Of a stretch of 64,000 nucleotides of DNA, positions 30,808 to 40,758 are shown piece by piece. Positions within the stretch are counted from its first letter, which is position 1, and every line of letters starts with the position of its first letter. The DNA comes from an uncultured Eubacteriales bacterium (lineage in GTDB: Bacteria > Bacillota > Clostridia > Oscillospirales > CAG-272): assembly GCA_900546695.1 (NCBI GenBank), contig URDX01000002.1, positions 4,100-68,099 of the forward strand. The letters are read 5' to 3'. The position numbers and the translations under genes were made by a program. Under the pieces are notes generated by a model. It was not told the DNA's origin, did no database searches, and saw nothing but the letters and a program-made list of their open reading frames with translations.

Positions 30808-31094
30808 TTGTATGAAAAAATACTTTACACAGCCGTCGGAGTCATTGCCGGAGCATCTATGGCTCTCGGTGCCGTCGCCTCAGGTGCTCTCAGCACCGTC
30901 GTGAATCGCTATGGCCTGAATCAAGATGAGTAAGTCAACATCAAGGATCTTGTCAATATGATGAAATACCTTACCGTATACGATTCGGATATACCATCGG
31001 CACCGAGGATGTGTATGTCGATCCCGATGATGCGGAAAAAATCCATATCATAAACGCAAGTGATGTTATAGGGATAGTTGTATTTACAGACTGA
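30808..31094 (+). pseudogene. Decayed small secreted dockerin-type protein
   Basis: (M)YEKILYTAVGVIAGASMALGAVASGALS is signal-peptide-like. It also reads as MKKILY... if the A6 run at 30815-30820 was originally A7. Then NRYGLNQDE-TAA-VNIKDLVNMMKYL is a dockerin-like Ca-binding repeat broken by a stop. A second repeat, VDPDDAEKIHIINASDVIGIV, lies in another frame. Confidence 0.4.
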
Positions 31095-31205
31095 TATGTT
31101 TTCCCATGTCGGTGCATCCTACATAGCGGACGCAATATTGCTGATTTGAATCGGTTATTTTCTTTCCCACCGATTCGATTGGATATATCTTTTTCCTTGG
31201 TAAAC

Positions 31206-31248
31206 GGGGCTGTCGGAAGTGTTCTATCTCCGACAGCCCCGATTTTTA
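31206..31248 (+). terminator. Rho-independent terminator
   Basis: Arms ggggctgtcgga (31206-31217) and tccgacagcccc (31229-31240), then gattttta. Confidence 0.65.
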
Positions 31249-31251
31249 TGT

Positions 31252-31351
31252 GTCGGTCGGCTCGCGCATCGGACGGTTAGCATATCGGTCGGTTAGCATA
31301 TCGGTTGGTTGCGCGTCGGTCGGTTTGTGCCTCGGTCGGCGCAAGTCGGTC
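31252..31351. repeat. Degenerate short tandem repeats built on tcggtcgg
   Basis: At least six tcggtcgg / tcggttgg / tcggacgg units occur in about 100 nt of intergenic sequence. Confidence 0.6.
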
Positions 31352-31366
31352 TGAATTAAATAATGC

Positions 31367-31399
31367 GGCTCGAGATGGTGATACCGTCTCGGGCTTTTT
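31367..31399 (+). terminator. Rho-independent terminator candidate
   Basis: Arms gctcgagatgg and ccgtctcgggc (two G-U pairs), followed by tttttt at 31394-31399. Confidence 0.5.
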
Positions 31400-32117
31400 T
31401 ATTATGTTGAGTGTACGGGTGTTTTTACATCGGTTATCTTGTTTATGATTACTTGGATATCAGATGTGTCGGCATGCCTCAGCACGGCGTGGATATTCTC
31501 TGCTTAACCGCAACGGCACAGACCGACGGCAGCGGGCCTTTAGAGCGTAACTACAACGAGGATAATTCCTCGTGGGAGAGATATCCCGTGAGCGATTATT
31601 CGATGTATTTCCGCGGCTATAATGACGGCGACCCCGAAATGCCTCCCATCCTTACGGCATGTCAGAACTCCATGAAAAACAATGCGGGCATGTACGGCCG
31701 GGGCTCTACAGGCGCAACCAAGGAGGATGTGCTATCAACCTCACAAAAATACTAAGATGGCGTTCTTTATTACGCACGGCGGTCCTACACGTATTCAGAT
31801 AAGCTCAGTCAACCGGTTGACTATGCTGCTCAGGCGTACGGCGGTACCCGCGACCGAAGATACTGATACCCTTTCCCAAACGGGGTGCCCGATGTGCTCT
31901 GTGTGAACCGCAGGGCTTCTCCGCTTTTTGCATTTTGTATATCTGTGCGGCTTTTCAGTATCGAAAATCACCCGTTTTCGCAGAAAATCTGACATAAAAG
32001 TCCGATTTTATGTCGATATCGGTAGGTAAAATAATCAGTTTTGCACACGTTCGCCGCGCGCCCGTGTAATGCGCTTTGTGGGATAATTACGAATATTATA
32101 ATTTGTGGCTTAAGATG

Positions 32118-32146
32118 TTGACTGATATGGGATAATGTGGTATATT
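32118..32146 (+). promoter_or_regulatory. Orphan near-consensus promoter (TTGACT-17 nt-TGgTATATT) convergent with gap
   Basis: -35 at 32118-32123; extended -10 at 32138-32146. No ORF with an SD lies between it and the hairpin at 32303-32335. Confidence 0.45.
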
Positions 32147-32295
32147 AATGGTGTAAATTACGTCATACTATGTAAAATATTATAATAATGCGCGCGGTTT
32201 TGACGTGATATGCATGGCAACTGTATACGAGAATATCCAAGTACGAATCGACTGACCCTGCCGAAGATTAAAGCTGCGCTGCAGTAGGCACAAAT

Positions 32296-32335
32296 ACAAA
32301 AAGGGGATGTTAAAAAACTTGTTTTTAACATCCCC
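32296..32335 (-). terminator. gap terminator (hairpin usable from both strands)
   Basis: Arms ggggatgttaaaaa and tttttaacatcccc. The minus-strand reading is followed by TTTTTGT (32302-32296). Confidence 0.7.
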
Positions 32336-32388
32336 TGTAGATTTTATGTCGGAGCACTTACACCCGACGTACCTGCGGAAAGCCCGAC

Positions 32389-33420
32389 TTATGCAAGCTC
32401 TGCGAAGTACTTGATGGTACGAACCATCTGGCTGGTGTAGGAGTTCTCGTTGTCATACCAAGAAACGACCTGTACCTGATAGGTGTCATCGTCGATCTTG
32501 GATACCATAGTCTGGGTAGCATCAAAGAGAGAGCCGTAACGCATACCGATAACGTCGGAGGAAACGATCTCGTCGGTGTTGTAGCCGAAGGACTCGGTTG
32601 CAGCAGCCTTCATAGCGTCGTTGATGGACTCCTTGGTAACATCCTTGCCCTTAACGACAGCGACGAGAATGGTGGTCGAGCCGGTAGGAGTAGGAACGCG
32701 CTGAGCGGAGCCGATGAGCTTGCCGTTCAGCTCGGGGATGACAAGACCGATAGCCTTGGCAGCACCGGTAGAGTTGGGAACGATGTTCTGAGCACCTGCT
32801 CTGGAGCGGCGGAGGTCGCCCTTTCTCTGAGGACCGTCGAGAATCATCTGGTCACCGGTGTAAGCATGAACGGTGGTCATGATACCGGAAACGATCGGGT
32901 AGGTATCGTTCAGAGCCTTAGCCATAGGAGCGAGGCAGTTGGTGGTGCAGGATGCAGCGGAGATAATCTTATCCTCGGTGGTAAGCTCCTTGTGGTTTAC
33001 GTTGTAAACGATGGTCTTAAGATCATTGCCTGCGGGAGCGGAGATAACGACTTTCTTAGCGCCTGCATTGATGTGGGCCATGGACTTATCCTTAGAGGTG
33101 TAGAAGCCGGTGCACTCGAGAACAACGTCAACGCCGAGCTTGCCCCAAGGGCAGGTGTTAGCGTCCTTCTCAGCGTAGATCTTGATTTCCTTGCCGTCAA
33201 CGATGATGGAATCATCGGTAGCGGATACGGTGTGCTTGCCCTCGCCGATCTTGCCGCAGAAGGAGCCCTGAGCGGTATCGTACTTAAGAAGGTGAGCGAG
33301 CATCTTCGGGCTGGTAAGGTCGTTGATAGCAACTACTTCGTAGCCCTCTGCGTCAAACATCTGACGGAAAGCAAGACGACCGATACGACCGAAACCGTTA
33401 ATGGCAACTTTAACTGACAT
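32389..33420 (-). CDS. gap: Glyceraldehyde-3-phosphate dehydrogenase
   Basis: [11 protein letters not shown] (NAD fold) and SCTTNCLAP (catalytic Cys) are present. 343 aa. Confidence 0.95.
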   Translation of the reverse strand: MSVKVAINGFGRIGRLAFRQMFDAEGYEVVAINDLTSPKMLAHLLKYDTAQGSFCGKIGEGKHTVSATDDSIIVDGKEIKIYAEKDANTCPWGKLGVDVVLECTGFYTSKDKSMAHINAGAKKVVISAPAGNDLKTIVYNVNHKELTTEDKIISAASCTTNCLAPMAKALNDTYPIVSGIMTTVHAYTGDQMILDGPQRKGDLRRSRAGAQNIVPNSTGAAKAIGLVIPELNGKLIGSAQRVPTPTGSTTILVAVVKGKDVTKESINDAMKAAATESFGYNTDEIVSSDVIGMRYGSLFDATQTMVSKIDDDTYQVQVVSWYDNENSYTSQMVRTIKYFAELA

Positions 33421-33857
33421 AGTAATATCCTCCGATTGAGTATTAATTGTAATATAGTTTTACACGGGTATTGTACCTCTTTTTCCGCACATTTACAAGG
33501 CATTATTGAAATTATTTTTATTTTTGTTACATTTATACTATCGGAAATGCGAAAACACGGCTGATTTCGGTCGTGCCGGGCGCGGCTGCACGTAAAAATC
33601 GGGGCTGCGTGGGCAAAAAAACAGGTAAGCGATGCGGTAATCAGCGCCGTCGTCGCAGCGCCCCGACATTATCGCAGTGCTACCGATGCCGGCGCGGCAT
33701 ACTCGACCTCTTCATGTATCCTTAACATTATCGCGGTGTGTGCGGACGGCGAATGCAAAATTGGCAATTATCGGTCGTAATCGCCATGCACAACCGCAAA
33801 TATGGGCGAGAATTGCCGAAAAAAACGAAAAAAATGTAAAGATGATGAAATATGTAT

Positions 33858-33886
33858 TTGAAATTTTGCGTGAAATATACTATAAT
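33858..33886 (+). promoter_or_regulatory. Sigma-A promoter candidate (TTGAAA-17 nt-TATAAT)
   Basis: -35 at 33858-33863; -10 at 33881-33886. It lies 100 nt upstream of ATG 33987, which has a TAGGAGG SD. Confidence 0.5.
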
Positions 33887-33986
33887 ATACATGTTAAACA
33901 TATGTGATACAAGATGCCGTTATGGCTCTGCACGGTACAGTTGCACGGTCAGTCGGCGCATAGCTTAACCTTAGGAGGCAGTTTTA

Positions 33987-35018
33987 ATGGATATTGAGCT
34001 TACGATAACACCGATAATTGTCCTTGGTGACGGTGACCGTATCGTATATAAGAATGCTGCGGCAAAAAAGCTTTTGCCCTTCTGCCGAAAAGGAACATCT
34101 ATCAATCGTTATCTTTCCTATTCGGGCGAGAGTCGGTTTCTTGATCTTGTTCGCTCCGATGAGGGCTGTGCGATAATCGAGCTGTCGGAATCGCTCGGAC
34201 GTTGCTACCGCGCCCTTGCCGTGCGCCGCGACGGTATTGTTTCGATGACCTTTTTGCCCATACTTCAGGGCGGGACAAAGGATATACTCGCCGAATATGC
34301 GGAGACGCTTTGCTTCACCGCTGCAGACAGGATAATGGATTTTGTCATGCGCGCAGGCGAGATAGTCGACCGCCCCGCGCCCGCGTCAACATGGAATTAC
34401 ACGCGGAGAAATACAACGATGTACGAGCTTTCGCGCGAGATAGGTGCGGTAGCCTCCTGTCTTTCGCTGCCGCTGTCCAGCACGCTTAAGCGGATATTCG
34501 AAATGATATCTTCACGCCTCGCTATGCTCAGTTTGCGTTTCAGAATAACCATGCGCGGCAGCGCTGTTCAGCTGACGCCGATAACCGATATTGCCGCGCT
34601 TGTTTACGCATTTCTCCCCGTTGCGCTGATGATATGCAGCGCTTCCGGCTGCGTATGCAGTGCGGATATCGAGTGCTATGGCGAGACGGCAGGTGTCAGG
34701 ATAACGGGCGGCATCGGCGGGAGAGCGATGCCCGACAACATATCGACGCTTGCGGAGCTCGGCGAGTTGCTCGGTGGCGATATACCGATGCTGATTATTG
34801 CCGATACCGCTGTTGCTTCGGTCGGTGCGGAGATGAGAACGCTGCGCTCGGATGACGGCTTTTCGGTCGAGATGATCTTCCCGATGAAGTCGGTGATTCC
34901 CTCGCATCTTTTCTCACCCGATGAGGAAGTGTCGCTTACCGGAAATTTCTTCGTTTCGATAGAGAACACCGTCGGTATGATAGGCGCGGAGCCTGACGAG
35001 GATACGGAGATTCATTGA
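33987..35018 (+). CDS. Hypothetical protein
   Basis: 343-aa ORF with a strong SD and its own promoter. No motif recognised. Confidence 0.55.
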   Translation: MDIELTITPIIVLGDGDRIVYKNAAAKKLLPFCRKGTSINRYLSYSGESRFLDLVRSDEGCAIIELSESLGRCYRALAVRRDGIVSMTFLPILQGGTKDILAEYAETLCFTAADRIMDFVMRAGEIVDRPAPASTWNYTRRNTTMYELSREIGAVASCLSLPLSSTLKRIFEMISSRLAMLSLRFRITMRGSAVQLTPITDIAALVYAFLPVALMICSASGCVCSADIECYGETAGVRITGGIGGRAMPDNISTLAELGELLGGDIPMLIIADTAVASVGAEMRTLRSDDGFSVEMIFPMKSVIPSHLFSPDEEVSLTGNFFVSIENTVGMIGAEPDEDTEIH

Positions 35019-35282
35019 GGGTCTGCCGGCTCATTTGGGTATGATGTTGCATTCCCGAACAGCTGTATTGCGGATGCCGGGCGTTGAAGAGCGCACAGTG
35101 TCCGATAATGATGTGCACATAGCGCCCGATATTGAATCACGGACGGCTCCTGACATTGCTTTTCCGGGTGCCATCAAGCAATACGCGTGCTGTATATAAA
35201 CAGAACATAGTATAAAACGACCGCCGACGGATTGATATGCCGTCGACGGTCATTATTTTATCGGAGGTATTCTCTCGCCCGT

Positions 35283-35529
35283 TTTTCGGCCCGGACGAAT
35301 TCAGCCGACCCGGCTCGGGGAGAGATAAAAAAGATGCAGAAGCGTCGAAAACCGCCTCGTCGCCGTGCAAGCGTACGGCAGATACGGTTTTCGGCGGTAG
35401 AAAAAGCGGATAATTATCTCTTTGGAGAAATCCGATAGGATTTCATCAGCTTTCAAGGCATGTATGCCGTACAAAAGCTCAAGCCTTACCTTTATCCGCT
35501 TTTTCGGTCTGCGCTTTTTTAGCCTTCCC
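35283..35529 (+). repeat. Copy B of the dispersed structured repeat family; overlaps the 3' end of livF
   Basis: About 92 percent identical by eye to copy C over the first ~135 nt, from gagataaaaaagatgcagaagcgtcgaaaaccgcc. It shares nested hairpins (cgaaaaccg/cggttttcg; gccgtgc-aagc-gtacggc; gaaatcc-gata-ggatttc) and the tail ccgctttttcggtctgcgcttttttagccttcc. Confidence 0.8.
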
Positions 35530-36228
35530 GAGATATGCTTCCTTGACGGATTCGTTGTGCAGCAGCTCATCACCCGTACCCGTAAGGGTAAGTCTGCCCG
35601 TCTCGATAACATAGCCGTAGTCGGCTATCTTAAGAGCGAGGTTCGCATTCTGCTCGTTGAGCAGAACGGTGATGCCCGCCTTATTTATCGTCACAATGAT
35701 ATCAAAGATATCGCGCACGACGAGCGGTGCGAGTCCGAGCGACGGCTCATCCATCATGATAAGCTTCGGACGGCTCATAAGTGCGCGCCCGACCGCGAGC
35801 ATCTGCTGCTCGCCGCCTGAGAGCGTTCCTGCCTGCTGCCAGTGGCGCTCGCGCAGACGGGGGAAGAGGGAATAGACATATTCGATATCGTCGCTGAGCC
35901 TATCCTTGCGCAGATATGCGCCTATCTTCAGGTTCTCGAGAACGGTGAGGTTCGGGAAAACTCTGCGCCCCTCGGGTACGAGGGTCACGCCGCGCGCGAC
36001 TATCTTATCGGGTGAGAGACCGACTATGCTTTCGCCGCCGAGGAGGATATCGCCGCCTGCGGGGCGGACGATGCCCGATACGGAGCGGAGAATGGTCGAT
36101 TTGCCCGCGCCGTTTGCGCCGATAAGGGTAATTATCTTACCCTCCTCAACGTTCATGGAGATGCCGTCTACGGCGCGGATGCCGCCGAAGCGGACATTCA
36201 GGTCTTTAATTTCAAGAATATTACTCAT
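35479..36228 (-). CDS. livF: Branched-chain amino-acid ABC transporter ATP-binding protein
   Basis: GANGAGKST, LSGGEQQM and IMMDEPSLGLAP are present. The usual ...EAYLG end is followed by a 15-aa Lys-rich tail encoded by repeat copy B. Confidence 0.9.
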   Translation of the reverse strand: MSNILEIKDLNVRFGGIRAVDGISMNVEEGKIITLIGANGAGKSTILRSVSGIVRPAGGDILLGGESIVGLSPDKIVARGVTLVPEGRRVFPNLTVLENLKIGAYLRKDRLSDDIEYVYSLFPRLRERHWQQAGTLSGGEQQMLAVGRALMSRPKLIMMDEPSLGLAPLVVRDIFDIIVTINKAGITVLLNEQNANLALKIADYGYVIETGRLTLTGTGDELLHNESVKEAYLGKAKKAQTEKADKGKA

Positions 36229-37066
36229 CTTCGTCTACTACCCCCAGATATGCCTCGATAACGCGCGGGTCAGCCTGTATTTCGGCGGGAGTGCCTTCTG
36301 CTATTTCCTTGCCGAAGTCGATTACATAGATTCGATCGGAGATGTCCATTACGAGGTTCATATGGTGCTCAATGAGCAGGATGGTGATATTGAACTTCTC
36401 GCGGATATCGTGAATAAACGCGGTCAGCTCCTCAGTCTCCTGCGGATTCATTCCCGCTGCGGGCTCGTCGAGCAGCAGCAGCGACGGCTGTGTGGCAAGC
36501 GCGCGGGCTATCTCGAGCTTGCGCTGCTTACCGTACGGCAGGCTCGTTGCGAGCTCATCCTTGACATCCTCGAGCTCGACAAGACGCAGCAGCTCGAGCG
36601 TTTCCTCGCGCATTTTCCGCTCCTCGCGGTAGTTGAGACGGAAGGTGGCGGTGAAGAAGTTCGAGGTGCGGCGGAGATGCTTTGCGGTCAGAACATTGTC
36701 GAATACCGTCATAGACTTGAACAGACGTATATTCTGGAAGGTTCTCGCCATGCCGAGCTTTGTCAGCTTGTCGGGCGTTTTTGTAATGACCGAATGATAC
36801 TTGCCGAGGTTTTCGCCCGCATAGAGGCGGCGCATCTTGCCGTGCGGATGATTTTCGATTATCTTTTCACCGCAGAAGCTGATGCAGCCGTTTGTAGGCT
36901 CGTATTCACCCGTGATGACGTTGAAGGCGGTGGTTTTTCCCGCACCGTTAGGTCCGATGAGAGCAACTATCTCGCCTCGGTTGACATCCATCGTAAGATT
37001 GTTGACGGCGACAACGCCGCCGAACTGCATGGTCATATTTTCTACGTGCAGAACGTTTTCGCTCAT
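36221..37066 (-). CDS. livG: Branched-chain amino-acid ABC transporter ATP-binding protein
   Basis: GPNGAGKTT, LPYGKQRKLEIARAL and LLLDEPAAGMNP are present. It overlaps the livF start. Confidence 0.9.
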   Translation of the reverse strand: MSENVLHVENMTMQFGGVVAVNNLTMDVNRGEIVALIGPNGAGKTTAFNVITGEYEPTNGCISFCGEKIIENHPHGKMRRLYAGENLGKYHSVITKTPDKLTKLGMARTFQNIRLFKSMTVFDNVLTAKHLRRTSNFFTATFRLNYREERKMREETLELLRLVELEDVKDELATSLPYGKQRKLEIARALATQPSLLLLDEPAAGMNPQETEELTAFIHDIREKFNITILLIEHHMNLVMDISDRIYVIDFGKEIAEGTPAEIQADPRVIEAYLGVVDEDE

Positions 37067-38154
37067 TATCGCCCGTCCTCCTTTGCGGTCTTTTTGCCCC
37101 TGCCGGAGAAGAATCTGCCTATCCGAACAAGGCTGTCATATACCGATATCTCCTTCGTTCCCATAATTCCGCGGCGGAAGAAGAGCACGACTATCATGAT
37201 GAGCACCGAGAATACGACCATACGGAAGCCGGGTCCGAGCAGCGGAACATTCTCGTACTCGAGATCGAGGAATTTCAGCCACCACTCTGAGGAGGCGTAG
37301 TAGATAAAGGATGCGATAAGCGAGCCGGATATCGAGCCGATACCGCCGATAACGACGACGAGCAGTATCTGATAGGTCATTGCGGAGGTAAATGATACCG
37401 ACGAAACTGCGGAGTTGCACATAGCAAACATCGCACCCGCAATGCCGCAGAAGAAGGAGCTCGTAACGAACGACAGGCGCTTGTGGTGGGCGAGGTTGAT
37501 GCCCATTGCTTCAGCTGCTATCTCATCGTCGCGTATTGCTTTGAAGGCTCTGCCGTAGGTAGAGTTTATCAGCAGAATGATAATGCATATGCACACGCCC
37601 GCAAGCGCGGCGTATACCATTATGTTCTTAGGCGAGGTGAAGTTGTTTATTGGGTCGGGACCGTTGGTAACGGGCCCGAACTGCGTCAGCTGAACGAGAC
37701 CGCGTACTATTTCTGCAAAGCCGAGTGTAGCTATCGCGAGGTAGTCGGACTTGAGCCGCAGCACGGGCAGACCGATGAGAAATGCGAAGAATGCGGCAAC
37801 GATACCTGCGAGCAGCAGCGCAATTATCATCGGCAGCTTGAAACTGACAAGGCTGTCTCCGTAGTTGCGGAAAACGGTGGTGCGCATGTCTGAGGCTATG
37901 GTAAAGATGGAATATGTATACGCGCCGAGCAGCATAAAGCCCGCCTGACCGAGTGAGAACAGCCCCGTAAAGCCGTTGAGCAGGTTCATTGCTACCGCCG
38001 CGAGCGCAAAGGTGCAGACCTTACGCAGCACCGAGAACCACATCGAGGTGGCGGGGGCGGTGTATTGTATTATCATGAAAATGCCGAATATGACGAGGAC
38101 AAGCATAAGGTTGCAGATAGTTCTCTTGTATCTGTCCCAGAATGAGGTCTTCAT
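37066..38154 (-). CDS. livM: Branched-chain amino-acid ABC transporter permease
   Basis: 362 aa, polytopic. GQAGFMLLGAYT is typical of LivM. Confidence 0.85.
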   Translation of the reverse strand: MKTSFWDRYKRTICNLMLVLVIFGIFMIIQYTAPATSMWFSVLRKVCTFALAAVAMNLLNGFTGLFSLGQAGFMLLGAYTYSIFTIASDMRTTVFRNYGDSLVSFKLPMIIALLLAGIVAAFFAFLIGLPVLRLKSDYLAIATLGFAEIVRGLVQLTQFGPVTNGPDPINNFTSPKNIMVYAALAGVCICIIILLINSTYGRAFKAIRDDEIAAEAMGINLAHHKRLSFVTSSFFCGIAGAMFAMCNSAVSSVSFTSAMTYQILLVVVIGGIGSISGSLIASFIYYASSEWWLKFLDLEYENVPLLGPGFRMVVFSVLIMIVVLFFRRGIMGTKEISVYDSLVRIGRFFSGRGKKTAKEDGR

Positions 38155-38155
38155 A

Positions 38156-39067
38156 TCACACCTTCTCTCTTGTCTGCTCGCCGAAGATGCCGTTGGGCTT
38201 TACAACGAGGATTATTATTAGCAGGGCAAAGGAAATTACGTCGGCAAAGTCGGCGAGTCCGAATGCCCTTGCAAGGCTCTCTACGATACCGATGATTATT
38301 GCTCCCACAACTGCACCGGGAACCGAGCCGATACCGCCGACGACCGCGGCAATGAACGCCTTGATGCCGGGGGTAGAGCCCGCGAGATGGTTTATTCCTG
38401 AGTTCTTGGAGAAGTAGAGCAGCGATCCCGCAGCCGCAAGAAACGCGCCGATGGCAAAAGTTATCGAGATAACACGGTTGATCTTGATGCCCATGAGCTG
38501 CGAGGTTTCAAAGTCACGCGATACCGCACGCATCGACATGCCGAACTTGGTATGATTGATGATGAGCACGAGTATGACGGTAAGCGCTATCGCTACTATC
38601 GGGGAAAGAAATACGGATATCTTGTCCTTTACGCCGAACAGAACAAAGCTGTCGCTCAAGAACGGGAGAGCGGGGAACTGCTTGGACATACCGCCGGTTA
38701 CATAGGCGACAACGTTTTGCAGCAGGTAGGAAACGCCGATGGCTGATATCATTACCGACATGCGCGGCGCCGAGCGAAGCGGCGAGTATGCGCATTTTTC
38801 GATAAGGAAGCCTATCAGCACCGTCAGCGCTATCATGATGAGTATCGCGACAAGCGGCGGCATGGTCGGAAAGTCCGCCATCAGGTAGATCAGCAGCATT
38901 CCCGAAACCATAAACAGGTCGCCGTGGGCGAAGTTTATAAGCTTCAGTATGCCGTAGACCATGGTATAGCCGATGGCGACGAGCGCGAACTGACCGCCGG
39001 TCGCGAGACCGCGAATCAGGTATGGCATAATATTCATGGGCTTTTTAGGTCCTTTCGGTTTGGTCAT
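38156..39067 (-). CDS. livH: Branched-chain amino-acid ABC transporter permease
   Basis: 303 aa, polytopic. INFAHGDLFMV is typical of LivH. Confidence 0.85.
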   Translation of the reverse strand: MTKPKGPKKPMNIMPYLIRGLATGGQFALVAIGYTMVYGILKLINFAHGDLFMVSGMLLIYLMADFPTMPPLVAILIMIALTVLIGFLIEKCAYSPLRSAPRMSVMISAIGVSYLLQNVVAYVTGGMSKQFPALPFLSDSFVLFGVKDKISVFLSPIVAIALTVILVLIINHTKFGMSMRAVSRDFETSQLMGIKINRVISITFAIGAFLAAAGSLLYFSKNSGINHLAGSTPGIKAFIAAVVGGIGSVPGAVVGAIIIGIVESLARAFGLADFADVISFALLIIILVVKPNGIFGEQTREKV

Positions 39068-39365
39068 TTGAACGGATATGCGGTGTACACACGGGGCATA
39101 TTACAGTATTGCAGCGCGGCGTATCCGCGGGCTGCGGATGATTGCTGCTGCTGTGAATATGCACTGCATGTACACGCTGAGATAAGCGGGACGGTATAAA
39201 CGCAGTCGCGGCGGTACACCGCATGGGTGTATCGCCGCGGTACCGCGAATCATATGCCCGTGACTGCCGTAGGCAGTTATTTTTTTCGGGTATCGGCTGT
39301 CAAAAAACACGTTATTCAACAGCTCTGAGTCATTGGAATGACGGCTTGAGAACGATAATTCTCGC

Positions 39366-40649
39366 TTATTTGCTTATAGTATCCCAAGCAAAGTTTGCCA
39401 TAACCGAGCCCTGGAAGGGATCGAGGAAGCAGGTACGGAAGTAGAAATCGTGACCCTCAGTTACCGATGCGTTGGTGCAGGAAACGCCGATAGCGGGGAT
39501 GCCTGCTGCTGCAAAGGTATCGGCTGCTGCGATGGAAACGCCGGAGCCGTAGGAGCCGAGCGAGATGAGTGCATGCTGGTTAACGATGTTGGAAGCTGCG
39601 GTAACAGCCTGCTCATCGACCGAGCCGTTATCGGAGACGTACAGCTCAACGGTGTACTCCTCACCTGCGATGGTGACCTTATTGTCGAGGCTGTTAGCGT
39701 ACTGAGCTCCGATGACCTCCTGCTTACCGCCTGCAGCGTTGTCGCCCGAGGTAGGCTCAAATACGCCGATGACGATCTTCTTGCTCTCGGTGTCGAGCTT
39801 GACGCCGTCGGTGGTGTAGGTTGCGGGAGTGCCCTGAGTTGCGTCGTTTGCGACGGTCTGGGTCTTAACGAACTCAAACTTGCCGTCGCCAGCCTTCTTT
39901 ATGTATGCGCAATCCTTGATAGCGTCGCCGTTCTTGTCAAAGGTGATGTCACCGGTGACGCCGCCCTTGTAGTTGAGCTTCCAGAGTGCGGTAGCGATAT
40001 CGACCGAGGTCATATCTGCTCCCTTCTCCTCTGCAGCTGCGCGGATAGCGCTGAGCGCTACGTTGTAAGCGTCAAAGCCGAGCGCGGATACGGCTGCTAC
40101 GATGTCGTTGCCGCCGTTCATCTGGAACTTATCGGGATTGTCGGCGAGCCACTTCTTGAAGCCCGTAACGAAGTTGCCTGCTGCCTCTGAAGAGGTGTCG
40201 GACTCATCAAAGAAGGTGGAGCAGTAAACCTCGAGATCGGTGCCCTTGACGGCGTCGAGGATTACCGAGTGCTCCCATGTGTCGCCTGCCATGATGGGGC
40301 AGGTGATGCCGACGTCGTTTGCGTTCTTGAGCAGGTTAGCTGCAACGGTGGTGGAGTTGGGGGCAAAGATAACGGCAGCCTTCTTGTCGATTGCCTTCTG
40401 GAGGTAATCGGAGAAGTTGGTCGTGTTCTTTACGAAGGTCTCCATTATAACCTCTCCGCCGAGCTTTTCAAAGGCGGTCTGGAAGTTACTTGCAAGACCG
40501 AGAGAGTAGGTGTCGCCTTTCTCAGCGAGAACATAGGCAACGGGCTTATCGCCGGTGGTCTGATTGCCGTCGGTGGAGGTCTGTCCGCATCCCGTGATGC
40601 AGAGACATACCATAACGCAGGCAAGAATAAGTGCGAGAAACTTTTTCAT
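39366..40649 (-). CDS. Amino-acid ABC transporter substrate-binding lipoprotein (LivJ/K-like)
   Basis: MKKFLALILACVMVCLCITGC has a lipobox. It is a type-I periplasmic-binding-fold-sized protein at the head of the liv operon. Confidence 0.75.
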   Translation of the reverse strand: MKKFLALILACVMVCLCITGCGQTSTDGNQTTGDKPVAYVLAEKGDTYSLGLASNFQTAFEKLGGEVIMETFVKNTTNFSDYLQKAIDKKAAVIFAPNSTTVAANLLKNANDVGITCPIMAGDTWEHSVILDAVKGTDLEVYCSTFFDESDTSSEAAGNFVTGFKKWLADNPDKFQMNGGNDIVAAVSALGFDAYNVALSAIRAAAEEKGADMTSVDIATALWKLNYKGGVTGDITFDKNGDAIKDCAYIKKAGDGKFEFVKTQTVANDATQGTPATYTTDGVKLDTESKKIVIGVFEPTSGDNAAGGKQEVIGAQYANSLDNKVTIAGEEYTVELYVSDNGSVDEQAVTAASNIVNQHALISLGSYGSGVSIAAADTFAAAGIPAIGVSCTNASVTEGHDFYFRTCFLDPFQGSVMANFAWDTISK

Positions 40650-40729
40650 ATGCTTTTCCTCCGTGTTTCAGTCGGTCGGCGCTTTCCGAAATAAGCCATA
40701 TTCGTGCGCAGACCGCGTATATTAAGAAT

Positions 40730-40758
40730 AGTATATAACATTTTCTTGCATTAGTCAA
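40730..40758 (-). promoter_or_regulatory. liv operon promoter candidate (TTGACT-17 nt-TATACT on the minus strand)
   Basis: -35 is the reverse complement of 40753-40758; -10 is the reverse complement of 40730-40735. Confidence 0.5.
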
